A DNA stretch of 64,000 nucleotides from Verrucomicrobiota bacterium (GTDB lineage: Bacteria; Verrucomicrobiota; Verrucomicrobiia; Opitutales; Cerasicoccaceae): contig JBCBUK010000006.1 of the NCBI GenBank assembly GCA_039818205.1, positions 208,215 to 272,214 on the forward strand. Reading direction: 5' to 3'. Shown piece after piece: positions 49,586-59,612 of this stretch. The translations under genes and the position numbers were made by a program. A model generated the notes under the pieces. It was given only the letters and a program-made list of their open reading frames with translations, had not been told where the DNA came from and made no database searches. Within the stretch, counting starts at the first letter, position 1, and each line of letters begins with the position of its first letter.

Positions 49586-49599
49586 GCCAGGAGATGGCG

Positions 49600-52437
49600 C
49601 TAGTTGGTCTTCGGAGGCATTGGGTTACTGATGGTGGCGTTGGGATTCTCGATCTGGCTTTGGCCAGTGAGGAATCCCAATGGCCGAAACTGGTATTGAT
49701 ATTCCGGTTTGGTCAGTGAGCCCGATAGCTCGACTTCAAGCGAGTCGGATATTGGGCTTAAAATGCTGAACACCTGGGAAACGACCGGCGTCTCTACGTT
49801 GCCAAAGGGGTGTAACGAGATGGCAAAGTCGAGCGACTCCTTCGGAATGAAGAAGTTGCCGTTTGCGTTGATCAGGCCCGTGGCTCCCGTGATCTCCACG
49901 TTGGGGAAGTGGATGTTTCCATAGGCCATCGAGAAATCCGAGGTTGCGTTGGAAAATTCTAGTGTTCCCAAGTGGAGACCGATCGAAAACAGAAAACTGG
50001 AGAGTCCACCGAGGAGATGGAGTTGGCCCAGATTGGCGCCTTTGAGGACGATTTGCCCATCGCCGGAAAAGGTTTCGAGGTCAGGTAGTTCACCCTTGGT
50101 GTCGATGTAGAAGTCAACGTCGCCTGCATAGCGTTCTTCAAAGCTCTTTTGGATCGGATCGGTACCGCTGTTTTTGGCCTCTTTTTTCTCCTGGGCGATT
50201 TGTTTTTCGCGGGCGGATCTGAGGAAAGGGATGGCTTCGTACAGGCCGTAGAGTTTAGCCTTGTTGATACTCAGCTTGGCACTTTCGACAAACAGCTTAT
50301 CACCGGTTTGGCGATCGATAATGGTGTGCAGGGCGGCGCGGCCAGACCCAAGCCCAAAGCGCCCCCGTGAAACGGTTATCGTTTGCGGATTGATGTCGCA
50401 GATGAAGGATCCGTTTTCGAAATAGATTTCCTCAAACTCAAACTTTCCGGGAAAGTGTGCTCCGGCCTTTAGGAATAGGTCTCCTGGTTTCTCTGAATCT
50501 TCGCCGTAAATCATCCCGGCGACATCGAGGGATGGCGCCTTTTGGTTTGGAAACATTTTGGCGTATGGAATGACCTCCGGACTCGCCAACGTCGCCGCTT
50601 GCATCAAATCCATTTGGGTAAGCGCACGGAAGGAAAGGTAGTTGCGCCGTCCGCTCGGCAAATAGTCCCAGTGAAGGTAAACGGTGGCTTTTCCTTTGGG
50701 CGATGTAACGCCGAATTCAAACAGGTCGAGGTGTTTGGGGGTTTGCCAGATCCGCGTGAAGGCGGTGTCGATGGCCTGCCCTTGGTAAGAGACTTTTTCC
50801 AAGTTTGCTGAGCCGTAGATGTTATTTTCTTTCCCGTCAGCGCCGTAGCGACCTGACATATCGATCGCTGCATTGGGGGGGATGCCGTTGAACGTGATCC
50901 CGGACCAAAGCTCGTCCCACCAGTCATCATCGATTACTTTATCTAAGTCTTTGGGCCAAACCGTTCCGGCGGCTTGGAACCGATACTTGTTGTTCTGAAA
51001 ATTCTGCTGGTAGTTACCTTGGACCCGAAAGTCTTTGCCCATCAAGTCGACGTGCTCAAGATCGATGTCATCGGCACCAATTTTGCCATGGACGCGAGCC
51101 GCTTCCAGGTGAATCTCTTCGTAGGACAGTTCGTTGAATCTGACATCGAAGGTGACCTCGGCGGGTTGAAAGCCTGGGAGGAAGTCGACCTGAGCGCGCC
51201 ATCTAGGCCTCCCAGCAACATTAATGTTTTCGGGGATGTCGTCCTTGGGTATAGCGGTTGAGCCGAGGAAGAATAGCGGGTTCCACAGACCAACGAGTTC
51301 CAGGTTTCCGCTTTGGTCGCTGGGTTTAAAGGGGCCGCTTACCGTCAACCAATTCTTACCGCTTTTAAGATGGACCTGACCGGACAGGTCGCCGTCAGGA
51401 TTGTCTTGGAGGCCGCGCAAATCGAGCGACGCAAATGCACCATCGAACGAGAGTCCCCAGGCTTTGATGTTATAGGCAAAGAGTTCGGCGTTGAGCGGCA
51501 GCTTATAGATGCCCTGCAAGCCGTTGTCCATCTTGACAAGCATCTCAGAATATCCCGTTTCGACTTCCTCATCCCACTTGAGACTGTCGAGGCAAACAAA
51601 GCCAAATCCATCTGGACGGAGAATGCCATCCACATCGAGCGTTGCTTTTACTCGACAGGTGGATGCGCCCAGGGTGATTTGATTTTTCTCATCGAACATC
51701 CCGGCATTATAGGTGTGCAGCATCAGCTCGAGCGGGCCTTTACGAACGCTCTCAAGTTCCACCCGAATGATCGGGTCTTTGAATTGATCCAGCGTTTCTT
51801 TGAGATCAAGGATGTTACGGCACACCTCCATATACAAACTAACGAAATGGTCGCCGGTGTTTGTTTTGGCGATAGTAGGAGGGGCTTTGGTTGGTTCTGT
51901 GTCTAAACCGGGGAGGGGGGTAAAGACGTTACCAGAGATCTGAACTCTGGCGTTGAGGATCTCCAGAATGAACAGATCGATTTTCCATTCATTCGCCTGA
52001 CGATTGGCTTTGATGAAAATGTTCTGGATGACTTCTTCGCGTTTGCCCTGTGGCGAGACGACAGCTGGACAATAGAATGCGCCCTCATCCACGACAACTT
52101 CGGTTGGCACGAAATCGCCAATTAGAAGGCGAAAAAGTCCGAATTTGGCGAGGGCGAGTTCGGCATCAAAGAACGGTTCGGAGTTTTCTGTCGAATAGAT
52201 GCGAAGGTTCTTTGCGAGGACCATTCCACGCACGTCCAAATGCAGTTCATCGGCCTCGAGTCGAAACCCTTCTTTGGCCAGCTCTTCGTCGAGAACGCCT
52301 TTAACCGATGCCGGGATTGGGACCTCACCGTTCTGCCATAGGACGATGATTAAAAACAGGGATACACAAAGGACGAAACCAAGCAGGCCATTCACTAAGT
52401 AGTGAATGAGAATCCCGATGATTTGAAACAAACGCAT
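49600..52437 (-). CDS. AsmA-like protein with C-terminal AsmA_2-like region
   Basis: N-terminal TM anchor, long beta-rich body, C-terminal LEVELSGSLTKPEY; ATG at 52437. Confidence 0.75.
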   Translation of the reverse strand: MRLFQIIGILIHYLVNGLLGFVLCVSLFLIIVLWQNGEVPIPASVKGVLDEELAKEGFRLEADELHLDVRGMVLAKNLRIYSTENSEPFFDAELALAKFGLFRLLIGDFVPTEVVVDEGAFYCPAVVSPQGKREEVIQNIFIKANRQANEWKIDLFILEILNARVQISGNVFTPLPGLDTEPTKAPPTIAKTNTGDHFVSLYMEVCRNILDLKETLDQFKDPIIRVELESVRKGPLELMLHTYNAGMFDEKNQITLGASTCRVKATLDVDGILRPDGFGFVCLDSLKWDEEVETGYSEMLVKMDNGLQGIYKLPLNAELFAYNIKAWGLSFDGAFASLDLRGLQDNPDGDLSGQVHLKSGKNWLTVSGPFKPSDQSGNLELVGLWNPLFFLGSTAIPKDDIPENINVAGRPRWRAQVDFLPGFQPAEVTFDVRFNELSYEEIHLEAARVHGKIGADDIDLEHVDLMGKDFRVQGNYQQNFQNNKYRFQAAGTVWPKDLDKVIDDDWWDELWSGITFNGIPPNAAIDMSGRYGADGKENNIYGSANLEKVSYQGQAIDTAFTRIWQTPKHLDLFEFGVTSPKGKATVYLHWDYLPSGRRNYLSFRALTQMDLMQAATLASPEVIPYAKMFPNQKAPSLDVAGMIYGEDSEKPGDLFLKAGAHFPGKFEFEEIYFENGSFICDINPQTITVSRGRFGLGSGRAALHTIIDRQTGDKLFVESAKLSINKAKLYGLYEAIPFLRSAREKQIAQEKKEAKNSGTDPIQKSFEERYAGDVDFYIDTKGELPDLETFSGDGQIVLKGANLGQLHLLGGLSSFLFSIGLHLGTLEFSNATSDFSMAYGNIHFPNVEITGATGLINANGNFFIPKESLDFAISLHPFGNVETPVVSQVFSILSPISDSLEVELSGSLTKPEYQYQFRPLGFLTGQSQIENPNATISNPMPPKTN

Positions 52438-52459
52438 AATGGATTCAACCGGTTGTGCA

Positions 52460-54442
52460 TTAAGGTTGAGGGCTCGGTTGGGGCTTCGGGGCGTTTGCTG
52501 GCTGGGAGTCATCCGTAGAGACCTCGGTGTTCTCGACCTCCTTCGGGCTATTTGGAACGCTCGGCGGGCTCTTGGGCAAGGTTAACGGAAACAGGGCATC
52601 AATGAGTGGCTGCTTGAGCAGGAAGGTGACATTCTCTCGAGGCGATCCCCCGACCTGTCGGATGCCGTCACGTACGGAAAAGAAGTATTCGTATTTTTCG
52701 CTACTGCCATCGCCTCCTGGGAGGATGATCTGGGCATCCAGACGATATTTCCAAGGGAGATTTGGCAGTGCTTCAAATCGCGGCAGTAAATAGTCCTTAA
52801 CCTGGAAGTCCTTGAGCGTGTCGATTACCGATAAGATTTCGGAGCGGTCGACGTTGTCCGTTGGCAAGGCGGTGGGCCACGTCTGGGTTTGAGGATCGAT
52901 GGTTTCATCCAGCAACACTTTATTGGCTTCGAGGTCCGTAATTTTGAGTGATTGAATACGGGCACCTTTGGGCAACGTGCTTAACTTGCGGCTGCGGTAG
53001 GCGAGCGGATCTGCCCGCAGTGCACCTAGTATGGACAGGTCAACGGCATAGACGTAGGGCTTGTCGGCGGTTTTCGCGTAGATGTTGCGGGGGTTTGCCC
53101 AGATTGGAGGATTCGTTAAGTCCGCTGAGCTGATGTTGTTGCCCAAAATCAACGTTAGTTCGTTGTTTGCGCGAATGGTGACTTTGGCAACCGGGTCGGT
53201 GAAACCCCAGTTTTCCAAGTCACTAGGGGCGGGTGCATCGCTGACAAACGCAACGGCTTCCAACCGATTTAAGTTCGCGATCAATCGTTCGACGAGCTGC
53301 GTCGCGACGACCTCGGTTTGGACTTCGCCACCGGGGACAGCGGCGACACTTTGCCAGGCTCCCGGGTTGTTGGTTCCACTAGCCTCGAGCGTCTGCAGGG
53401 TTAGATTTTTGCCCGCACGATTGATCTCTAATGCGGAAACCTTGGTTGGGTCGAAGCGTAAAATCCGGCGTTCGCGCAATTCTTCCTGGGCGCGGGTCAG
53501 CCATTCGAAGGGGGATGCCAGCACGGTGAAGATGGTTGCATCATCCTCGCCATTATCGAGGCGTGCGTAGAATTGCTCGGGGGTTCCTTCGGGAAGGTCA
53601 GGGACTTTCTCGCCGAGTAATAAAGTCTGGCGATTGTTGTGGCCTCCAATCGTAACGCGTAGCGCAGGTGTCGTTAAGCCAGCGAGCTCTGGGGTGATCG
53701 AGCCGGGCTCAAGCAAACGCACTGCCCGTTGACCGACAACGAGTGCCAAGGCGTTCTGCACAAGGTCATCGTCGGCCTTGGCCGGAACGGGTGTTTCAAA
53801 CGACCAGCCGTCATTGCCTTTGACGAGGCGGATGCGTTGCCCGGTGGTTTGAACCGTCAGACTTTCGAGCTCAAAGACAGGAATGTTGAAAATGCGTTGG
53901 CTTCGGAGGTCGCTTAGGGGCAAGGCAATGGCCGTAAGCAGTTGGTCGCCGACGACAATCACTTTGTCGCCACTTGGAGCCAAGACGTATAGACGATTGC
54001 CCATTTGCGTTGGCGCTCCGATTTCCAACTTGGTTTCTTTGCCGTCGCGCTCGCGCAAGCGTAGTTCAAAGCGTGCCGGATCGAGTCCGAATTGCTTGAG
54101 GCTTTGTCCGGACTTTTCGATGTCGGACATCGGAAAGCTGGTTTCCTGCTCCAGGAACTTCAGTTGGTTGAGGATGTTTTGAACCGCATTTTCATTCGCA
54201 GGCCACTTGACGGGTTCGGTCAGTTGCCAGCCTTCGCGGGTTTGCTCAAGAACGCGCGAGAAGACTTTGCCATCATTGGTCGCGGTCAACGTAACCTGGT
54301 CAATGTTGCTGGGGGAGGGCAGAACTAGCGAACTGCTTTCACGCATGGTTTGCCGCGGATCCTCGCGGTTTTCCAAATAATAGATGTAAGCAAACGCCGC
54401 CAGGTTGAGCAGCAAAAGGATGATTGTCAGTTTCCAGCGCAT
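52460..54442 (-). CDS. DUF4340 domain protein (repeated)
   Basis: N-terminal TM; repeated WQLTEPVKWPA / WSFETPVPAKAD units, FGLDP, LRSQRIF. Confidence 0.8.
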   Translation of the reverse strand: MRWKLTIILLLLNLAAFAYIYYLENREDPRQTMRESSSLVLPSPSNIDQVTLTATNDGKVFSRVLEQTREGWQLTEPVKWPANENAVQNILNQLKFLEQETSFPMSDIEKSGQSLKQFGLDPARFELRLRERDGKETKLEIGAPTQMGNRLYVLAPSGDKVIVVGDQLLTAIALPLSDLRSQRIFNIPVFELESLTVQTTGQRIRLVKGNDGWSFETPVPAKADDDLVQNALALVVGQRAVRLLEPGSITPELAGLTTPALRVTIGGHNNRQTLLLGEKVPDLPEGTPEQFYARLDNGEDDATIFTVLASPFEWLTRAQEELRERRILRFDPTKVSALEINRAGKNLTLQTLEASGTNNPGAWQSVAAVPGGEVQTEVVATQLVERLIANLNRLEAVAFVSDAPAPSDLENWGFTDPVAKVTIRANNELTLILGNNISSADLTNPPIWANPRNIYAKTADKPYVYAVDLSILGALRADPLAYRSRKLSTLPKGARIQSLKITDLEANKVLLDETIDPQTQTWPTALPTDNVDRSEILSVIDTLKDFQVKDYLLPRFEALPNLPWKYRLDAQIILPGGDGSSEKYEYFFSVRDGIRQVGGSPRENVTFLLKQPLIDALFPLTLPKSPPSVPNSPKEVENTEVSTDDSQPANAPKPQPSPQP

Positions 54443-54454
54443 GTTCCTTTTCCG

Positions 54455-55930
54455 TTAGCGGCGACGGACCGATAAAATGATGATGCCCAGCAGTGCTACC
54501 CCGCCCGGTAGCAGCAAAAGGCGTAGAAAAATGTCAAAGGACTCTTCCCGGCTCACGAGCAGCTGATGCTTCTCGATGACACGTGGGGGGATGTTGACCA
54601 TTTCTTCGCGGTCGAGCATCCAGTTGAGCAAATTGTGGAAGATGTAGGGGTTGCCGCTCGAAAAGAACTTTGAGTTGGCGACCCAGCCTGCATTGCCAAA
54701 AACGGCAACCCGTCCACCTTGGAGGTCTAAGCCAAGATCGGACCCCGTAACTCGTTCCGAGGCGACGGCTAGTGAGACCGGACCAGGCAAATCACTTTTC
54801 GGATCGTACTGCTGATTCTCCTCCTTGTAGTTGCGCTCGCCCCAACTCATTTTGGACGAGGTCATTAGCTCGACGGACTGCAAACGATCATCAGGTGGAG
54901 CACCGGGATCAATGCGGACCGGGCGGCTTAGGCCAAAGAGGCTTTTTAGTTGGCTTTCGCGAAGGAGGTCGGTGATTGGGTGCTCATCGTAGTTGGCAAT
55001 GAGCATGTCGCCTTTTGAGGAGACGAAGCGGTTGGACGCTTCGAGCATGATCATGTCGTCAGCCAGGATGCCCCAGTCGTAAAACAGATCTTCGAGCCCA
55101 TGTTCGCGGGCTGGGTCGAGCAGCACAGCAAGCCGTCCATCATTCTCTTCCAAGTAGGCGCGCAGTTTTTGCTGCTCTTCCGGTAGAAAGCCAGTTTGCG
55201 GGCCAACGATGAAAACCATTGAGGCTTCTTCAGGTACCTCTTCAACGCGAGTCAGATCCAAGTCCTTGGCGAGGAAGTTACGACGACGCAGGAAGGTCGC
55301 CATTTGCGAGAGACCGCGTTTAGCGTTCACGTCGTCCAAGCGCATTTCGCCGTGTCCGCTTGTAAAATACAGTGTGGTTTTATCGGGCTGCATGACATCC
55401 AAGATCGCCGTCATGAAGGCCTGTTCTCCCGTGAAGACTTTCTCTTCTATGCTATCGGCTGCATACAAATCGCCCGGGAACACTTCGTGGTATTCATCGC
55501 CGCTTACCACGACAATGGCACTATCGGTTTCGGGTTTTACGTTATACTTGCTGACCAGTTCCTCTGCGATCTGACTGTTCGCGTAAACGTTCACATAGTC
55601 GACCGTGATGCCGTCCTCACCATTGACACGCGCTGCGTATTCGAACTCACGCAATAGGTTTTCGATGTCGGAAAAGATCTCCTTGGTTTCTGGAGGCGAG
55701 GAGTCCGCTGGCTCGGTCACGATGATGCGCACGGGCTCTTCAATTTGAGTGAGGTAGGCGAGCGTTTCCGGAGACAACGAATAACGATGCGTGCGCGTAA
55801 TATCCTGCCGAATAAAGTGGCGGGCCGCAATGTAGTTCAGCGACGCAGCGAGGCTAAGGGCTAACACAACCTGAATAAAGCGATTGATTCGCTTTACCCA
55901 GCGGGCCATGCGAAAATCTTCTATTCTCAT
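54455..55930 (-). CDS. GldG-like ABC auxiliary component
   Basis: DITRTHRYSLSPET, YFTSGHGE, HPIT, NLLNWM; TM helices at both ends. Confidence 0.85.
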   Translation of the reverse strand: MRIEDFRMARWVKRINRFIQVVLALSLAASLNYIAARHFIRQDITRTHRYSLSPETLAYLTQIEEPVRIIVTEPADSSPPETKEIFSDIENLLREFEYAARVNGEDGITVDYVNVYANSQIAEELVSKYNVKPETDSAIVVVSGDEYHEVFPGDLYAADSIEEKVFTGEQAFMTAILDVMQPDKTTLYFTSGHGEMRLDDVNAKRGLSQMATFLRRRNFLAKDLDLTRVEEVPEEASMVFIVGPQTGFLPEEQQKLRAYLEENDGRLAVLLDPAREHGLEDLFYDWGILADDMIMLEASNRFVSSKGDMLIANYDEHPITDLLRESQLKSLFGLSRPVRIDPGAPPDDRLQSVELMTSSKMSWGERNYKEENQQYDPKSDLPGPVSLAVASERVTGSDLGLDLQGGRVAVFGNAGWVANSKFFSSGNPYIFHNLLNWMLDREEMVNIPPRVIEKHQLLVSREESFDIFLRLLLLPGGVALLGIIILSVRRR

Positions 55931-56691
55931 GCTTTGCTTTCTACAACCAAGGTTGTGATGCCGAGCAGCAGCATCGTTAGGCTTCCATAGAGGAAGAGCG
56001 GTCGACTGTCCAAAATGCCACGACTAAAATCTTCGAGATGCTCAAAGGAATTGATGTAGTCAACGAAGTCCCTTGATTGGTCGAGCCACTCGAGCGTTAG
56101 CAAGGGAAACTCCATCATGAGGCGCCCACTGAGAATGAGCACGAACAGCATACAGAAGCTCAGCATCCCAGCCACGAGTTGATTGCGTGTGAGACTGCTG
56201 GAGAAGATCCCAATCGCGATGTAGAGGAGGCCGCTGATCGCGATGAAGCTGTAACCACCAATCATAGTTGCTTCATCGAATAGGCGTTCCAGTGGCACGC
56301 TGTCGCCCGTGTAGGCGTTGACGATGTATGGAAACGGAATCGTCATCGCCCAAAGCAACATGTAGAATAAGTAGGCGCTGAGGAATTTGCTAAGAACTAT
56401 CTGCAATGCGGATGCCGGGGTTGTCATCAGCGTCTCCAAGGTCCCGAGTCGCCGCTCCTCGGCAATGCTCTTCATCGTCAGAAGCGGCACCATAAACCAA
56501 ACGGGAACCCAGAAGGTTTGGAAGAACCAAACGGATGGAGTCACTTCTTGGGGCGCTTCGGCAGCCTTACTCAATGCGAAGTAGTACATCGAGGCCATCA
56601 GCAGTAGGTACAACACTGCGGCGATGTAGCTGGCTGGCGCAATGAACAGCATGCGCAGCTCGTGAATGAGGAGTGTGAAAAAGTGACGCAT
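55927..56691 (-). CDS. ABC-2 permease (GldF-like)
   Basis: PLLTMKSIAEERRLGTLETLMTTP, SSLTRNQLVA; six TM segments. Confidence 0.92.
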   Translation of the reverse strand: MRHFFTLLIHELRMLFIAPASYIAAVLYLLLMASMYYFALSKAAEAPQEVTPSVWFFQTFWVPVWFMVPLLTMKSIAEERRLGTLETLMTTPASALQIVLSKFLSAYLFYMLLWAMTIPFPYIVNAYTGDSVPLERLFDEATMIGGYSFIAISGLLYIAIGIFSSSLTRNQLVAGMLSFCMLFVLILSGRLMMEFPLLTLEWLDQSRDFVDYINSFEHLEDFSRGILDSRPLFLYGSLTMLLLGITTLVVESKA

Positions 56692-57777
56692 TTAGTGTTT
56701 GGGCATAGGTACGCCGGGTCGCGTATGTCCTTTGAAGGGCGCGACGGTTTCGTCCCAGCTGCGGCGAGTAGCCGCCATGAAAATGTCTTCGAGGTTGGGC
56801 TGCAGTCGAGCGATCTCCCGAATGCGGGTATCCGACTTCTGCAGAGCTTCTAAAATTGGTTCGGTCAAAATGAGTTCGGAAGGCGCCTGCAATCGATGTT
56901 CCCAAAATCCGTCTTCTCGTTCTTCGGAAGACGCAAAGGTTAAGTCCGGGTCGATTCCGCGCAGTACCTTCTGGGCGGAACTTTGGGTTAGGTTAACCCG
57001 GATGCGGTAGGTTGTTTTGGGCAGGAACTCTTTGCGGAGATTTTTCGGGCTTCCGTTGGCGACGACCCGTCCTTGGTTAATGATGATCACCCGATCGCAG
57101 GATTTCTCGATCTCGGGGAGGATGTGGCTTGAGAGGATGACGGTCATCCGACCACGCAAGTTGTCGATTAGGTTGCGGATACCCAAGATTTGGTGGGGGT
57201 CGAGACCAATCGTTGGTTCGTCCATCACGATGACATCCGGTTCGGCCAAAATGGAATCCGCAATACCGACCCGTTGGCGATAACCCTTCGAGAGTGAGCC
57301 AATGACGCGGCGGCGGGCTTTGCGTTGCAGGTCGCAAATTTCCATCGCTTCATCAACGGCCGCGCGCACCTTGCGCATTGGGACTTCTTTGAGGCGGGCC
57401 CGGTAGCGAAGGTATTCAACGACACGCATGTCCTCCGGCAGCGGATTGTGCTCGGGCATGTAGCCAATGCGCCGCTTGGTTTCGTTGGAATGGCTCGCCA
57501 CGGGAATCCCGCAAATCCGTGCGATGCCGCAAGTGGCCGGAAGCAGGCCGCAAAGGATGCGCATCGTGGTGCTTTTTCCGGCACCATTGGGGCCCAGGAA
57601 GCCGACGATCTGTCCGGACTCGACGCGGAAGGATACGTCTTGAATCGCTTTTACACGGCCGTAGCGCTTGGTCAAACCAACGACTTCGATCGCTGGTGTT
57701 GGTTCTGATTTTTCCTTTTCGGGCACGTTGGTGTTAAAAGTCGGAATGATCAATTTCCCACGACGGTGGAAAGGCAT
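56692..57777 (-). CDS. ABC transporter ATP-binding protein (GldA-like)
   Basis: GPNGAGKST, LSKGYRQRVG, DEPTIGLDP, SSH. True start may be GTG 57726. Confidence 0.95.
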   Translation of the reverse strand: MPFHRRGKLIIPTFNTNVPEKEKSEPTPAIEVVGLTKRYGRVKAIQDVSFRVESGQIVGFLGPNGAGKSTTMRILCGLLPATCGIARICGIPVASHSNETKRRIGYMPEHNPLPEDMRVVEYLRYRARLKEVPMRKVRAAVDEAMEICDLQRKARRRVIGSLSKGYRQRVGIADSILAEPDVIVMDEPTIGLDPHQILGIRNLIDNLRGRMTVILSSHILPEIEKSCDRVIIINQGRVVANGSPKNLRKEFLPKTTYRIRVNLTQSSAQKVLRGIDPDLTFASSEEREDGFWEHRLQAPSELILTEPILEALQKSDTRIREIARLQPNLEDIFMAATRRSWDETVAPFKGHTRPGVPMPKH

Positions 57778-57841
57778 TCAATTCCCGGTAAAATTAAACC
57801 CGCAGAGCAAAGGCGATGCTCCGGCAAGAATCAAGATTCAA

Positions 57842-58600
57842 TCACCCTAATTGGCGACGACGCCATGCTTCATAGAGACCCAGTACGGTGAGGTGAGGTT
57901 CCGCACGAAATTCGCTGAGCGCTTCGCGCAGGAATCCTTGTGCGGCTCCACCCGTCAGGATGACCGTTGGATTGGGCTCACCAAGAGCCTCGAATTCGGC
58001 CCGAACGCCCTCCAACAGGGCTCGAATCATGCCCGGATAGCCGCGAAACCAGCCGACGCTCATCGCTTCCACGGTGCTGCGGCCAATGTTCATGCTCGAG
58101 TCAAACTCGCTTTCCTTCAGTTCGGGGAGCATGGCAGTTCGTTCGTGCATGTACTGCGTCATCATGGCAAAGCCCGCCGTGATGACGCCGCCGATGAAGC
58201 CCGACTTCTCGGTAATCAGGTCAAATGTCGTCACCGTTCCCATGTCGATAACCGCTGCGGGTGCCCCAACGAGGCGCTGAGCGCCAATGGCGTTCGCCAG
58301 GCGATCCTGCCCGACCTGCCCGGGGTTCGGATAATCGAAGTTGAGCCCAGGCGCGTCGTGGCAGCTCAGGCGCTCGTCGACTACGTCGAGGTCCCAAATT
58401 ACGGATTGGAAAATCTCCGCGGCTGGAGGCGACACACTGCACCAGCTGATGGGGAGGCCTTTGTGGGTGGCCAGGAAATTGCGGGCCTCCTGCTCGAATT
58501 TTCTTCGTGGCCAGCCACCGTGTTCAAGCACCTGGCCATCTTCCATAAGGGCCCAGTGAAAGGTCGTGTTTCCGATATCAACGCAAATAACCTGGCTCAT
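57842..58600 (-). CDS. coaX: Type III pantothenate kinase
   Basis: VDIGNT, GQDRLANA, IDMGTVTTFD, LTGG. Confidence 0.93.
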   Translation of the reverse strand: MSQVICVDIGNTTFHWALMEDGQVLEHGGWPRRKFEQEARNFLATHKGLPISWCSVSPPAAEIFQSVIWDLDVVDERLSCHDAPGLNFDYPNPGQVGQDRLANAIGAQRLVGAPAAVIDMGTVTTFDLITEKSGFIGGVITAGFAMMTQYMHERTAMLPELKESEFDSSMNIGRSTVEAMSVGWFRGYPGMIRALLEGVRAEFEALGEPNPTVILTGGAAQGFLREALSEFRAEPHLTVLGLYEAWRRRQLG

Positions 58601-58613
58601 CGTATAAGGATTC

Positions 58614-59612
58614 TTACCAATTCTTAAGGGTTACATCTCCCGCCGAAAAGCTTTGATCGGAGCCATTTTCCAATTTTAGTCGAAGGGCTCCTGTTTTATC
58701 TAGGCCAATTACCTCTCCAGTCACCGTTTCTTGAGGCGCGGCTATCGTTACGGTTTGGCCGTCTATCGCGGAATATCGCTCCCAGAGGTAGTCCAATTCC
58801 GCATCGATATTGCCGTCCAGGTAAGCGTTGTAGGCCTGGTAAACCGCCCCGACGACCTCGGCCGTCACCTGGTTCATCGAGTGGGTCTTATCCTGGAGGT
58901 GGGCTAGGCTTGTGGCCACAGCGCGGACCTCGTCGGGCCACGCGTCTACCTGGCTGTTTATGTTTAGTCCCAGGCCGAGAATGAGGTCGCGTATGCGATC
59001 GGCATCCATCCGAGCTTCGGTGAGAATGCCCGCGAGTTTCTTGCGGTTCACCAGCAAGTCATTGGGCCATTTTGCGCGCACATCGAGTCCGGTTAAGGAG
59101 CTGAGACATTCGGCAAGTCGAAGGCCCGTCCAGACCGTAAAGCGTTGCATATAAGCAGGTTCCCGGTCGGGCTTGAAGCCGAAACTGATCATCAGGTTGC
59201 CGGAGTCTTCGCTGTGCCATTGGCGGCCCAGGCGACCGCGACCGGAGCGCTGGCGACGCGCAATGACGGCCAGTGGATCCGGTAGGTTCTCAGTCAAGGC
59301 CCGCATGGCTTCATCGTTGGTGCTGCTGCATTCGTCGAGGACGGTTACTTGAACCGGGATCTCGCGGGTAAAGAGTTCAAATTGCAGCACCGCCGGCTGT
59401 AGCTGGCTGGGTTCGGAGATCAGGCGATAACCGCGATTGCGGACGGCCTCGATTTCGTAGCCAATGTCTCGAAGGCGGTCGATGCGGCTCTTTACACTGA
59501 CGCGCGAGACACTGAGCTGCTCGGCCAGGGACTCGCCCGACACAAAATCCCCTTGCGCTTGGCGAAAGGAGTTTAGGAGTTGGTTAGTGGCGGCTTTGGT
59601 GTCATCGATCAT
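58614..59612 (-). CDS. birA: Bifunctional biotin ligase/repressor
   Basis: N-terminal HTH, SSTN, QRSGRGRLGRQW, KWPND, KLAGIL. Confidence 0.96.
   Translation of the reverse strand: MIDDTKAATNQLLNSFRQAQGDFVSGESLAEQLSVSRVSVKSRIDRLRDIGYEIEAVRNRGYRLISEPSQLQPAVLQFELFTREIPVQVTVLDECSSTNDEAMRALTENLPDPLAVIARRQRSGRGRLGRQWHSEDSGNLMISFGFKPDREPAYMQRFTVWTGLRLAECLSSLTGLDVRAKWPNDLLVNRKKLAGILTEARMDADRIRDLILGLGLNINSQVDAWPDEVRAVATSLAHLQDKTHSMNQVTAEVVGAVYQAYNAYLDGNIDAELDYLWERYSAIDGQTVTIAAPQETVTGEVIGLDKTGALRLKLENGSDQSFSAGDVTLKNW

Noticed and set aside
54455..57777. Gliding-motility locus
   Set aside because: GldA/F/G-like genes are widespread in non-gliding bacteria, and no gldK-N or spr genes are present.
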